Shown piece after piece: positions 1-33,850 of a DNA stretch of 64,000 bases; position 1 is the first letter of the stretch, and each line of letters begins with the position of its first letter. The position numbers were made by a program, and so were the translations under genes. This stretch comes from Chiloscyllium plagiosum (lineage: Eukaryota). The stretch lies in the NCBI RefSeq assembly GCF_004010195.1, contig NC_057750.1, positions 6,242,438 to 6,306,437 of the forward strand. Direction: 5' to 3'. Under the pieces are notes generated by a model. That model saw nothing but the letters and a program-made list of their open reading frames with translations. It was not told the DNA's origin and made no database searches.

Positions 1-320
1 CTTTCCTGTCTTCGCTCTAATCATACTATGAATTTGAATTGACATGTCCATTTAAAAGATTAGTATATTTTGTGTTTCATCTATAACGTCCCAGTTTATA
101 AACAGGAGTCACCATACTCGCAAACAATGTCAGAGGACATCAACAAGTATTTCTACAGGACAAGACTAGTGGGTGTACGAGTGGACTTCTCGTGGCATTG
201 CTCAATCTCAGTGTTTGTCAGGGGAGCAAGAGGAGAAGGAAATGTTAGTACACTGAGGCTTCTGCTAGGATACTGAAGGTAATCTGGACTTTTTAAATAA
301 TTTTGTCATGGAACATTGAC

Positions 321-888
321 AGAGTCATAGAGATGTACAGCATGGAAACAGACCCTTCGGGGCCAAATGCTGTCAAATGGGACTAGATTAATTTAGAACA
401 TTTTAGATTAGATTTCCTACAGTGTGGAAACAGGCCATTTGGCCCAACAAGTCCACACTGAACCCTCTGAAGAGTAACCCAAGCCCCGATATTTAACCCC
501 GACTAATGCACCTAACACTATGGGGCAATTTAGCATGGCCAATCCACCCTAATCTGCATATAAAGTCAGAGTCATAGAGATGTACAGCATGGAAACAGAC
601 CCTTCGGTCCAACCTGTCCATGCCGATCTGATATCCCAACCCAATCTAGTGTCACGGCCAGCACCCTGCCCATATCCCTCCAAACCCTTCTTATTCATAT
701 ACCAATCCAAATGCCTCTTAAATGTTGCAATTCTCCAACGCTCCAGGGAAAACAGCCCCAGCCTGTTCAGCCTCTTCCTATACCTCAAATCCTCCAACCC
801 TGGCAACATCCTTGTAAATCTTTTCTGAACCCTTCCAAGTTTCACAACATCTTTCCAATAGGAAGGAGACCAGAAGTGCATGCAATAT
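321..888. mobile_element. Composite of CR1/HER1-like LINE 3' pieces (both strands) and an HE1-like SINE 3' fragment
   Basis: LINE tail gagtcatagagatgtacagcatggaaacagacccttcgg; SINE tail ttagatttcctacagtgtggaaacaggcc; RT C-terminal peptide in ORF 549..881. Confidence 0.85.
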
Positions 889-889
889 T

Positions 890-22225
<21,336 letters not shown>

Positions 22226-23671
22226 GACGCTATGGTCCCTGTGTGCAGGAGGCAAAGTCCATTAGTGGGAATTAATTATTCATCTGCATTAATGTGATCT
22301 TCCCTCAACGGAAGAGAAAATGCCTCAAATTTCCTAAAAGGTTTAATGAATGTATGCATTGCTCACTGTACTTGTGATTTCGAGTAAGTCAGCTGATCTC
22401 AGTTGAGCAAGAGAACAAACAGCTAAAATTGATCTTCGGATAGGAAAAGAGAAATAAAGAAAAACTGTTCATAAGCCAAAAGCCAACTGAAATGGTTCAC
22501 TTCACCCATTCTTGGGAATGCCCATGTAAACAAGATCCTAGAGATCAAACAATGCAGTCAAGGGAACATTGTGACATAGCGGTATTATTACTGGATTATT
22601 ATTACCGGCAAATTCTCTGGAGACACAGGTTTAAAATTCCATTATGTCAGGCCTCAAATTCAGTTAGGAACACAGGAACAGGAGTAGGCCAATGAGCCCC
22701 TTAAGACTGTTCCATCATTCAATGAGATCAAGGCTGATCTGTGGCACAACCCCATATACCAGTCTTTGGCCCATGCTCCTTCAGGCCTTTTGTTAAACAA
22801 AAGTTTACCTCAGATTTAAAATTAACAACTGATCCACAAACATCTCCCATCCTAACATCTCTCCTCAACAGTCTGGCCCTAGTTCACAGCAACAAAAAAT
22901 CTGAATACAACACTAGTCTCAGCAATAGCGAGCATGAACCTATTGTTTATTGTTGTCAAAAACCTATCTGGCTTATTAATGCCCTTTAGCAAAGGAAATC
23001 TCTGTCCTTACTTGGTCTGGCCTACATGTGAATCCTCAGATTGTTTGTCTCTTTTGGCTGGCCTTAGACATGACAGTAGAAAGCCATTCCAATCAATGTC
23101 AGTGAGGGTTGAGCAACAAATGCTAGTCTGGTCAGTGACACTCAAATCCAATGAAGGGCAAAGGAAATTTAAAAGTGTAGGAAGTCAGCTCCTTCACAAC
23201 AGGTGGCTATAAAATTAGGAGGATGTGAATGACCTGGGAACAAGGTTCAAGCGGAAACTTCATCCCAAAAATTCTGAAAGACTTTTAAATTTAAACATCA
23301 TCTTATTGTATCTTGAAGGACTCAAGACAATAGGGCAATCATGGACAAGTGGCAGCCATTTTACAGCAAGGTCCCGTAAAGTGCAATTACATACACACCA
23401 CTGCCTTAGGACAAAAAGGGTGGGCAATAACTGGTTTTACTAACACTGTAATGACAACAAATTTAAAACTGAACAAACAATAACAACATGTTTTTGAAAA
23501 TAAAATTTTGTCTCCTACCACGTTGAGACACATAATTGTCAGCGGGGCAGAAAGTGAAAAATAAACTGCTTTTAGTGTGATTGACCTCAGATTTCTCCAG
23601 GTAAAACAGCTGAAGATGTGCAAACACTAAATACAATAGAGGAGCTGTCGACTGTGGAGCAGTATACAAAG

Positions 23672-24982
23672 TTGAAACTTTATTGCTGGAACAGCACAGC
23701 AGGTCAGGCAGCATCCAGGGAACAGGAGATTCGACGTTTCGGGCACAGGCCCTTCTTCAGGAATGAGCAGAGAGTGTTCAGCAGGAGAAGATAAAAGGTA
23801 GGGAGGAGGGACTTGGAGGAGGGGCGTTCGGGTTGTTGTGGTTTGGCGGTGGATGAGTCCAATGACCTGCATATCCTCGGTGGAGTGGGAGGGGGAGTTG
23901 AAATGCTGTGCCACAGGTTGGTTGGGTTGGTTCGTCCGGGTGGCCCAGAGGTGCTCTCTGAATCGCTCCGCAAGTAGGCGGCCTGTCTCCCCAATATAGA
24001 GGAGGCCACACCGGCTGCAGCGGATGCAGTAGATGATGTGGGTGGAGGTGCAGGTGAATCTGTGGCGGATATGGGAGTTTCCTTTTGGGCCTTGGAGAGG
24101 AGTGAGGGGGGAGGTGTGGGCGCAAGTGTTGCACCTCCTGCGGTTGCAAGGGAAGGTGCCGGGGGTGGAGGTTGGGTCGGTGGGGGGTGTGGATCTGACA
24201 AGGGAGTCGCGGAGGGAGTGGTCTCTACGGAAAGCTGATAGGGGTGGGGAGGGAAATATATCCTTGGTGCTGGGGTCTGTTTGGAGGTGGCGGAAGTGAC
24301 GGCGGGTGATGCGCTGTACATGGAGATTGGTGGGGTGGTAGGTGAGGACCAGTGGGGTTCTGTCCTGGTGGCGGTTGGAGGGGGGGGGCTCAAGGGCGGG
24401 GGAGTGGGAAGTGGAGGAGAGGCGGTGGAGGGGACCGTCGACCACGTCGGGGGGGAAATTGTGGTCCTTGAAGAAGGAGGCCATCTGTGTTGTATGTATT
24501 TTGAACTGGTCCTCCTGGGAGCAGATGCGGCGGAGACGAAGGAATTGGGAGAATGGGATGGCGTTTTTACAGGGGGCAGGATGGGAGGAGGTGTAGTCCA
24601 GGTAGCTGTGGGAGTCGGTTGGTTTGTAGTAGATGTCCGTGTTGATTCGGTCGCCTGAGGTAGGAACAGAAAGGTCTAGGAAGGGGAGGGAGGAGTCCGG
24701 GACTGTCCAGGTGAATTTGAGGTCGGGGTGGAAGGTGTTAGTGTAGTGGATGAACTGTTCAACCTCCTCGTGGGAGCACGAGGTAGCGCCGATACAGTCA
24801 TCAATGTAGCGAAGGAAAAGATGGGGGGTGGGGCCAGTGTAGTTGCGGAAGATGGATTGTCACATACCCTACGAAGAGGCAGGCATAGCTGGGGCCCATG
24901 CGGGTGCCCATGGCTACTCCTTTTGTTTGGAGAAAGTGGGAGGATTGGAAAGAAAAGTTGTTCAGGGTGAGGACCAGTTCTT
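23672..24982 (-). mobile_element. Penelope-like retroelement (RT C-terminal half + GIY-YIG endonuclease + 3' end), 5'-truncated and frameshifted
   Basis: LVLTLNNFSF...QTKGVAMGTRMGPSYACLFVGY and RYIDD (cgctacattgatgac); GIY-YIG domain IIYCIRCSRCGLLYIGETGRLLAERFREH. Confidence 0.93.
23729..23764 (-). ncRNA. Minimal type I hammerhead-ribozyme motif in the PLE 3' end
   Basis: Minus strand attc-CTGAAGA-a-gggc(ctgt)gccc-GAAA-cg-TC-gaat: complete core, 4-bp stem I, 4-bp stem II, palindromic ACGT stem III. Confidence 0.75.
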
Positions 24983-25000
24983 TCACATACCCTACGAAGA

Positions 25001-25375
25001 ACTTGCACTTATACATTGCCTTTCACAATCGCGAGATGTTCCGAAGTGCTTTGCGATGCGAATGCTGTTACGAAGTAGAAAATACAGCAGCCAACTTGCA
25101 CACAGTATGCTCCTATAAACAGCAAAAGGATGACCAAATAATCCATTTTAGTGATGTGGATCGAGGGATTAACGTCAGCCCAAAAGGCCAGGAATAAATC
25201 CCCTGCTCTTCCTTGAAATCCTTTTGTGGGATCTTAAGTGCCCACCTTAGGGGACAAAAAACTACCTCGTGCAAAAGATTAATCTACTCAACAGAGTAGC
25301 CCTCCTCAGTGCGAGCAATAGAGGGTCAGCCTCTATTTTTGTGCTCAAGTCCCAAATCAGAACTGGAACCCACAA
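25001..25375 (-). mobile_element. Deu-domain SINE (SacSINE1/AmnSINE-like), diverged
   Basis: Minus strand gctgtttataggagcatactgtgtgcaagttggctgctg...gtgaaaggcaatgtataagtgcaagt. Related copies at 32420-32812, 35065-35252, 51645-51765 and 59080-59290. Confidence 0.6.
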
Positions 25376-26187
25376 ATAGATGTAATAGACACTTGAGTAA
25401 GTAAAGCAGAGAGCCAGGGCGAAAGGCAGTACTCAGGTCAGAGTTACCCCGATCATCTGTAGTAACATTGTTAAAGTTATTTATGATATTAACTGCAGAG
25501 AGTGGCTGAGGAAAATTTCTTTCTGGAAAGCAATAGTAAAGAATGAATATACAGTAAATAGCTTAAGTTCCCCACCCTACTACCTCTTAATTTTCATTTT
25601 GCAACTCTTTCTACTTTACTGTAATTCCTGATAGATTACATCACCATTCATTTCTACCTACTGCTCTTCTATGAGATAAAATCCTAACTCAAAAGGTGAA
25701 CATTGAAGAATAAAGAGCCTGACTCAAATATAACATTATCCTCTAACATCAGGTATTTTAAAATCACCAGGTTTCAGTGAGAAATAGCACGATGCTGCCC
25801 CACATTTGCAAGGCTGCAATGATGTGTTGCTAACTTGGCTATCCTATTCATGACCATTTGCAGATCAGTACACTTTACGCCTCATGAAAAGGAGTTACGG
25901 TTAGTTTGCACATAGCAAATTTCTATAAAAGGTGATTAACGACCTGATAATCTAGACCAGACTGAAGGATAAATATTGGACACGACATCAAGCAAAATTT
26001 CCTTCCCTTCCCTTCCCGATAATAGAACAATGGGATCATTTACCTTGAAAAAGCCAGGCCTCAGTTTAACTTGTCTCAAAGACAGCACCTCTGACAGTGT
26101 AGCAGTCCATCAGTACTGGCACAGGGAGCATTGGTCTTGGTTTTTGAAATCAAGCCCTGGAGTGGGATGTGAACTTAGAATCATAAA

Positions 26188-26530
26188 ATAGAATCATAGG
26201 ATCACTACAGTGTGGAAACAGGCCATTCGGCCCAACAAGTCCACACCAACCCTATCCTATCCCTGCATGCCCCATGTCTAATTTACAGAGAGTGCACATT
26301 CCTGGACACTACTGGCCATGATAAATTGCCCATCCAACTAACCTGCACATCTTTGGACTGTGGGAGGAAACCGGAGCACCCAGAGGAAACCTATGCAGAT
26401 ATGGGGAGAATGTGCAAACTCCACACACAGTTGCCAGAGGGTGGAATCGAACCTGGGTCCCTGGTGCTGAAGCAGCAGTGCTAACTGTTAAGCCACCCCA
26501 CCATGCTACCCATCTAAGCCACCATGCCAC
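26188..26530 (-). mobile_element. HE1-like V-SINE
   Basis: V-domain and tRNA head as at 5909-6229. Confidence 0.85.
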
Positions 26531-26819
26531 CCTTTTGATCAAAGTTGAGAGTGCTGCCAAATAAACTTTATCATGAACTCAGTGCTTACACTGAGTGTCT
26601 CAAACAGCAAGGTCCCCAGGCACCTCACCTAGTAAAACACAGAAATTATAACTTTGTTAAAAACTAGCTGTGCTCAGAAAATAACCTAGCTGGCTGTCTA
26701 GCTCTGCATTTTAGTAATCACAATGCACTTGGAAATATATTTGTCTGATAATTCATAATTAGAAATGGCTGGAGGTATCAATAACATTACAGCTACAATC
26801 AGTCAGTTCCACCCTCCTC

Positions 26820-27772
26820 TCCAAGCTATCACCTTTACCCTCATCTCCATCCACCTATTGCACTCTCAGCTACCACCTTCTCGATCAGCCCCACCCCCCT
26901 CCCATTTATCTCTTCACCATGAGACTCCCAGCCTCATTCCTGATGAAGGGCTCCAGCCTGAAATGTCGACTCTCCTGCTCCTTGAATGCTGCCTGACCTG
27001 CTGTGATTTTCCAAAAACACACACAGCTCTGATCTCCAACATCTGCAGATCTCACTGTCTCCTAGTCGGTGCTACTTGTTGATTCTGGCCAGGCAGCGGC
27101 TTTTACTACTGGTAATCACGTTCCCTCCAATGACAGACAGACAGAGAGATTGAGGACAAAACACTTCACTTACAAAGTTGTCAAAGATTGAAGCTTTAGA
27201 ACTAGGGATGAAACGAGACAAAGACTATAAAGGAAAAGATGAAGAGACATTCCGGGAGGAGAAAAACATTGGGGAAATGAGAAAACAGCAGGGCAGTGAG
27301 GTTTTTGGATTGCTCTGGCGAAGAGATTTTCCAAACTTAAAAGCAAAATACTATGGACGCTGGAGATCTGAAATAAGAACCGAAAAAGTGTTGGAGAAAC
27401 TCAGCAGGGCTGGCAGCATCTGTGAAGACAGTTGCAAAATTAACATTTTGAGTCTAATTGCACTTTTTTGAACAGAACAGAAATGATCCAACGAAGAGTC
27501 ATGCTGGACTCAAAGCATCAACTTTGTTTCTCTCCACAGATTCTGCTGGTCCTACTGCATTTCTCCAGAACTTTCTGTTTGTATAAACATGATGGATAAA
27601 TAGAAGACAGTGAGGTCTGCAGATGCTAGAGATCAGAGTCAAGTGCGTGTTGCTGGAAAAGCACCGCAGGTCAGGCAGCATCCGAGGAGCAGGAGAATCA
27701 ACATTTTGGGCCGGAGCCCTTCATCAGGAATGAGGTTGGAAGCCTCGGGGGTGGAGAGATAAATGGGAGGGG
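26820..27772. mobile_element. Cluster of PLE 3'-end fragments (family B at 26820-27062 and 27603-27772; family C fold-back at ~27355-27580)
   Basis: cctgatgaagggctccagcctgaaatgtcga core and gctggaaaagcaccgcaggtcaggcagcatccgagg motif. Confidence 0.75.
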
Positions 27773-30092
27773 TAAATAGCCTACTGCTTGCCATTAATTC
27801 TTAGCATTGAGGAGTTGGGAAATCACAGGGTAGATCAAGTATTGCAGACACTACTGTACACAACGACTGAGCACCACCAACCCCCGGGTGACACATGGCT
27901 ATCAGTGATCCTTGCAGAAGGAGTAGGTTTTTGGGTGTTGTGCAAAAACATGGATAAGTTTAATGATCATTCTTCTTCACTAGACCCAGGTCTCAGTTTC
28001 CACCATCTGAATCAAAAAAATCTTTCCCACTTCCCACCCTACTAAAAAAATCCCTGGAGGAATGAAAATTGTTTTGAGTGCACTGGAACCACCGAGTACT
28101 TAAAACCTATCCTGCAGGCAACACTCTCAGCCAGGGGACAGCACTGGGATGGAAATGGCAGACTGTCTAATGCAATTGGACAGGACTCATCCAAAACATA
28201 TAAAAGGGTTTGTCAATCTTTGGCATTTTCTGTAATCTTAGGAGTTGTGACCTTGTTAAAATAAAAAAAGGGAAACAGGTGAATGATTCAAAAAAGCCCA
28301 AATTTAGTTAACCGAAAGTTAAAATGGCATTGCTTATTTTCCCTTCATTTTAACCTTCCCAGCCCCCTCCACTGTCACAACACACAGATGTTTTGAAATG
28401 AGCAAGGAGACTTCCCTGCAGTTACATAACATTGAACTATTCAAATGTGCAAGACCAGAATTTTTAAGAACAGAAAAAATTTGGGATGCACAGCTGGGTA
28501 TAAGTGACAAAAGAGTTTAAAATCACAGGCAGACGTTCTTAGCAGAGGAAGTTCCACATGACAGCTTTCCCAAGATCCTCGCAAATGGCCCTACTCAAAA
28601 TGTCAAGGTGATTTTCTCTTTTCGATGCCAGGCATACATTTGCTGCTTTGATTAAAAATCCTGATGGTGCCAACACCTTGGTATGTGGACATACAGCAGC
28701 ATAGATGGCTAACATGATGTCAGATCTTTCACAGGGTAATTCGTTGCAAGAGAGATTGCGGGAGAGGATACACTATAAGCAGACCATTCTGGGCTGGAGT
28801 TTAGCTAAGGGGGTAGCTCAAGTTAGGAAATATCCTGACTCATTGGAACCATCTTAGTAAAATCCAACCTGAAACATGTTTTTCTAACTCTGGGAGTCAG
28901 GAATCAAGTCAGATCTTCAACCCTAGAAGCAGAGCAAAAGCAGACACAAGGTTGGGCAAATGGAACAACAGGCTAATTAGAAGGTCAGCCTGAATTTGCT
29001 GGAAATTCATTCCAGTTACTTTGGAAATTGTTAGGATCTCTAGCCCTCACTGTTCACATGATCTGACCCATTTCCAGATCCTCCATGTCAACTGAGGCAT
29101 CCCATGCACCCCTCCTGCTTTGTTCCTCATCGTCTCAATGCACATGCATACCTCCCCATCCTCCTACCCCTCAATGTCTTTCCCAGTGTCCATCTTGGGC
29201 AGACCTATGGAGCCACACAGAGATAAAGTAACAAACTTCTCACAGAACAATACCATTTTCATTCCTACACACGACAGAAGAAAAAAGAACTCCCATTCAT
29301 AAAATCCATTCAACGTTTTTAAGTCTTAAGTGGTTTATTCCTTATAAAAGGAAACTCCTATTCAGACTTGACATCAAAAACAAAAAAGTGAATCCTTTAA
29401 TTATGTTCAAAACTTTCAATGAAATTATGAACTCAGAAACCTTTGCTTTGATAACTGAACCTTTTGAAACTCAGCTAAGAAATGCTCTGACATGATAGCT
29501 CTTAGGGACATGTCAAAGAGCTCTACTGAGAATGCACCAAATACTAAAGCTCCCCCCCCCCCCCGCCCAATCTATATCAATCAAAGCAGTCCAACAAAAG
29601 GTTGCTTTCCCTAACAGCTGAAAACTTTTTTCTAACATAGAACAGTTTAACTGTTGGGCATTTTATTTAAAAAAAACTTCAGTACATGACAGTTATACAG
29701 ACCCTACTTAATGTCCAAGAACATTAATATCTACTCCAGCAATTCCTGATGCCAATTCCTGCAGGATAAAACCATTGCAACAGCCAATATAGGGTCTATT
29801 TCCCCTACCAAAGTTTAGTTCTAGCACAAATAGAGTGGAGATTCCATTTCTAGGACCTCAGCAGAGAATTCCTGACTGCAAACTCTGGTCCGATGTCTCA
29901 CAAAGCAAAAAGAAAGTGATGTTTCCAAATGAAGTTTTTCAGAATACAGAAGAACTGAGCAGTCTGTTGCTCTGCTGGTCAGTGGTGTCATCTTGTGAGC
30001 CACTAGTGGAGAGTAGTAGGTGGCATCTTATCTTAACTACTCCATCCAATAAAGCTCTGATTAGAGTTGCACCCATTCACCAATGTGACATG

Positions 30093-30445
30093 ATAAAATC
30101 ATGAGGAGCATGGATAGATAAATAGACAAAGTCTCTTCCCTGGGGTCAGGGAGTCCAGAACTAGAGGGCATAGGTTTAGGGTGAGAGGGGAAAGATATAA
30201 AAGAGACCTAAGGGGCAACGTTTTCACACAGAGGGTGGTATGTGTATGGAATGAGCTGCCAGAGGAAGTGGTGGAGGCTACTACGATTGCAACATTTAAA
30301 AGGCATTTGGATGGGGAGATGAATAGCAAGGGTTTGGAGGGATATGGGCCAAATGCTGATTGGGTTGGGATATCTGGTCGGCATGGACGGGTTGGAACAA
30401 AGGGTCTGTTTCCGTGCTGTACATCTCTATAACTATGACTCTATG
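30093..30445 (+). mobile_element. CR1/HER1-like LINE 3' fragment
   Basis: RGERYKRDLRGNVFTQRVV...[11 protein letters not shown] peptide and tail. Confidence 0.9.
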
Positions 30446-31356
30446 ACAACCCTTGAGACAGACAAACAAGACAAGCTTTGTGTACCAGATGGTTGTATTA
30501 CAGACTATCCTGAAAACACAATATTTTATCAACTGTACAAAGGTTGCTCTGTTTATCCTTTACCAAAAAGCGCTACTGTAACAAGCCATACTTTAAACAA
30601 ACTTTCTTAAAAGAATTGTTTCAACAGTCAATGGGAAGGAAACGATAATTTGCTCTATTTTGCACAAATTAATATTTCATAACAAAGAGGCCTGAAATTG
30701 ATATGTTTTTAAAAAAAAAACTAAATTGTCTCCAAGCTGTGCAATATCTTTGAAATTACAATGATTTAGGTAATTACAGCAGCCGGGAAGAGCTGAGAGA
30801 GAATTGACCAGATCATCTGTATGTTACAGTGACGTTCCTTGAGGGAAATGGATAGAATACAGAGTGGAGCTCAATGCTCTTTGCTGAATGAAATAGAATT
30901 ATGCTCATACTCCCTCAGGAATGTATAGAGTTCCACCATGACCTTTTATGCTCATCTCTCTCAAACAGGGTTTGAACCCACAACATTTTGATTTAGAAGC
31001 AAAGATACTACATCTATCAGCAACAAATACCAAATGTCATAAATTGGTACTGAAGGATTTCAATGCCCAGCGGAATAGACAGATTGTTAACAATCCAAGA
31101 CTGGTGACTCCAACAATGCAGTATGTCCCCACTGCTACAATGGCAAATAGATTATATCAGAGGGGTCAAACACAATGGACAAGGTGCCCACATTAAACAT
31201 CCTGCTACTAGGCTTAATCCACATCCCACAAAGTGTTATCTGCACAGACTGGACAGGAAACAGTATGCATTTCTATGGCCATGAGAATAATATTTGTACA
31301 TTCTTGGCGTACAAGTTGACCCTCCTGTTTGCCCATTATGCTACACTCAATAGTAG

Positions 31357-31507
31357 CTGAAAATGTGTTGCTGGAAAAGCGCAGCAGGTCAGGCAGCATC
31401 CAGGGAACAGGAGAATCGACGTTTCGGGCATAAGCCCTTCTTCAGGAATCCAGCAACACATTTTCAGCTCTGATCTCCAGCAGCTGCAGACCTCACTTTC
31501 TCCTTTT
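31357..31507. mobile_element. PLE family B mini-insert with inverted termini, intact hammerhead core (31414-31449, minus) and 15-bp TSD
   Basis: tacactcaatagtag at 31342-31356 and 31508-31522; gctgaaaatgtgttgctgga / tccagcaacacattttcagc inverted pair. Confidence 0.85.
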
Positions 31508-32419
31508 TACACTCAATAGTAGTCAAGCTTAATCTTTCACTTGACAAATGCATGTTTACCAACTTGTAACTGGGCTTGAAACTGGCTACATTGCAAATAT
31601 GCGCTGAAGTCTAACACAGACCTATACAGAGAGAACCTTAGGTGGCAAGCAATGAACAGAAGTGAGTCTTCCAAAAAACAATTACTGAAGCATTACGCTG
31701 GTTTCAAGCCAGAAGTCATAACATTTGCTAACTCGTCATTAAAAATTGATCTGGTTCGCTAACATCCCCTTTAGAGAAGGAAATCTATCTGGTCTGGTCA
31801 ATGAGACTCCAGACTCTCAGCAATGCCGTTCACTCCTACCTAACCTGTAAAATGGCCACAGAAGCTACTCAGTTCAAGGATAATTAGGGATGAACAACAA
31901 ATGTAGGCCTTGCCAATGATCCCGCCACGTCCTATAAAAGAATAAGTTAAAATTAATCCAGCACACTGACTAATTTAACTTATGAAGCAGGCTACGCAGA
32001 ACTGACCTACGCAACCTCTAACACTCAAGAACACCAACATTTGAATGTTCCTGTCCAAGTCTGACACAAATCTCACTTGAAAAAAATTCACCATTCCTTT
32101 CCAATCACTGGATCAAAATCCTGGAACTCTCACCTCTAACATCACTGCACATTTCCCTAATCCATACAGATTGTAGTGGATCAAAAAGGATCACCATTAC
32201 CTTCACCACAGTAATTAGAGATGGGGCAACAAATGCTGGCTCAGCCAGTAATGCTCACATCCTCTGAATGATTTACAAAACTGTTTACTCAAACTACATT
32301 CAACACGTTGTATTTATGAAAAAGATGTCACGAACATTCCAAACAGAAGAATTCTTGAAGACAAAAGATGCTCTTCAATGAGAATGCTTTGTGCTATGGT
32401 TCCTTGGGTCAGCTGTCTC

Positions 32420-32812
32420 GTTCTAACTTGAGTCAGAGATTGAGAGTTCAAATTTCATAATGGAGACCAGAGGACAAAATCCAGGCTGACATTTCCAAAG
32501 CAAAATAGAGGAAGTGAACATTGTCAAATTTGCTGTGCCACGCAATGAATGAAGCATTAAACCAACGCCCTGTCTACTCTCTAGGTCAAGTGCAAAAAGT
32601 GCCTTGGCTTTTCTCGAAACAGAGCTCTGGATTTTTCCCTGGTGTCCTGATATGTATACTTATTCCTTTCATAAGGATTCGTTGGAGCATGCTGTGTGAC
32701 AAGTGGCTGCTGCGCTTCCTGCATGAGATAATCACTACTCTTCAAGAGTGCTTCTTAAGGTGTGAAGTGCTCAATGGCATCCTGGGGTTGTGAAAGACAT
32801 TATACAACTGCA
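32420..32812 (+). mobile_element. Deu-domain SINE, near full length, diverged
   Basis: Head gagtcagagattgagagttcaaat; Deu-like cattaaaccaacgccctgtctactctc; tail ggcatcctggggttgtgaaagacattatac. Confidence 0.55.
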
Positions 32813-33690
32813 TATTGGGTCCCCTTGCAGTGGTAGTACCCCTATCCCGGAGCAGGAGGAATGGATTCAAGTCCCATCTGCTCCAGAGATGTGTAATAAC
32901 ATCTCTGAACGAGCTGGTTAGCAAAACAGGTTTAACTGCAAACTGTTTCTGCCCTTCTTCCCCTTAGTAAACCCATGATAAGTTCTGTATCATAAAGATT
33001 CAAGTAGCTTATTTTAAATTTTAAAAAACTATTTTTATGCTATTGACTTCATGAACATCCGCAACATGATTAGTCAGTAATAGAGGGATTGCGGGAAGAG
33101 AAAATCAACAGGAATCTCATTATCAACAGATTAAGAGGCCTCTCTTTGGACACTTGTTTTCCATTCTTGGTTCTTGCATTTCTGCTGAGGCATTCTGGAG
33201 GGGGGTTGGGTAGTAACAGTTGCTACAATGCACACTCACAGTGTGCCCATTCCAGAATATTTTATCGCCAGGAGTCTCAGTTAAGAACAGATGCACACAC
33301 ACATTTAAAACTGATATTTCCTTCTCCTGCTGTTTTGTGCCCTCTCCCTCTCCAGCTGCTATCGTGTACTGGAGTACAGTTTCACAAGCACTATAAACCA
33401 ACCCATGTCCTTCACCCGAGAAGCCTTCCTTGCATACCAACTGAACGAGTGGAATATTTGACTGAACACTGTCACAGACAAACCCAATTCTTTTGCTATC
33501 CAACTAGAAATTAAAAATTGCCTTCTTGTCCTCTACCCCTTATTTTCATCCTTATTACCACCCAAGTGAGAGCAGTTAATTTGGCAGCGACTGGGGGTAG
33601 AAGATGGGGCTTTCCTGGACTCTACACTTGCATTGTACATTGAACAGCACATGCATGCACATTGTCATTGTCAAGATCTGTTGCTGCTAA

Positions 33691-33850
33691 GGAGAAAGAG
33701 AGGACTTCAGATGCTGGAGACCAGAGTCGAGTGTGTAGGGTGCTGGAAAAGCACAGCCGGTCAGGCAGCATCCGAGGAGCAGGAGAATCGACGTTTCGGG
33801 CATAAGCCCTTCATCGGGAATTCTTGCTTTCCCAGAACCACACTCTCGAC
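33691..33850. mobile_element. PLE family B mini-insert with 14-bp TSD
   Basis: tctgttgctg(c/t)taa at 33677-33690 and 33851-33864. Confidence 0.8.

Noticed and set aside
23627..25016. Functional or domesticated GIY-YIG/RT gene
   Set aside because: 5'-truncated, frameshifted, and deleted between the endonuclease and the 3' end; a typical dead PLE copy.
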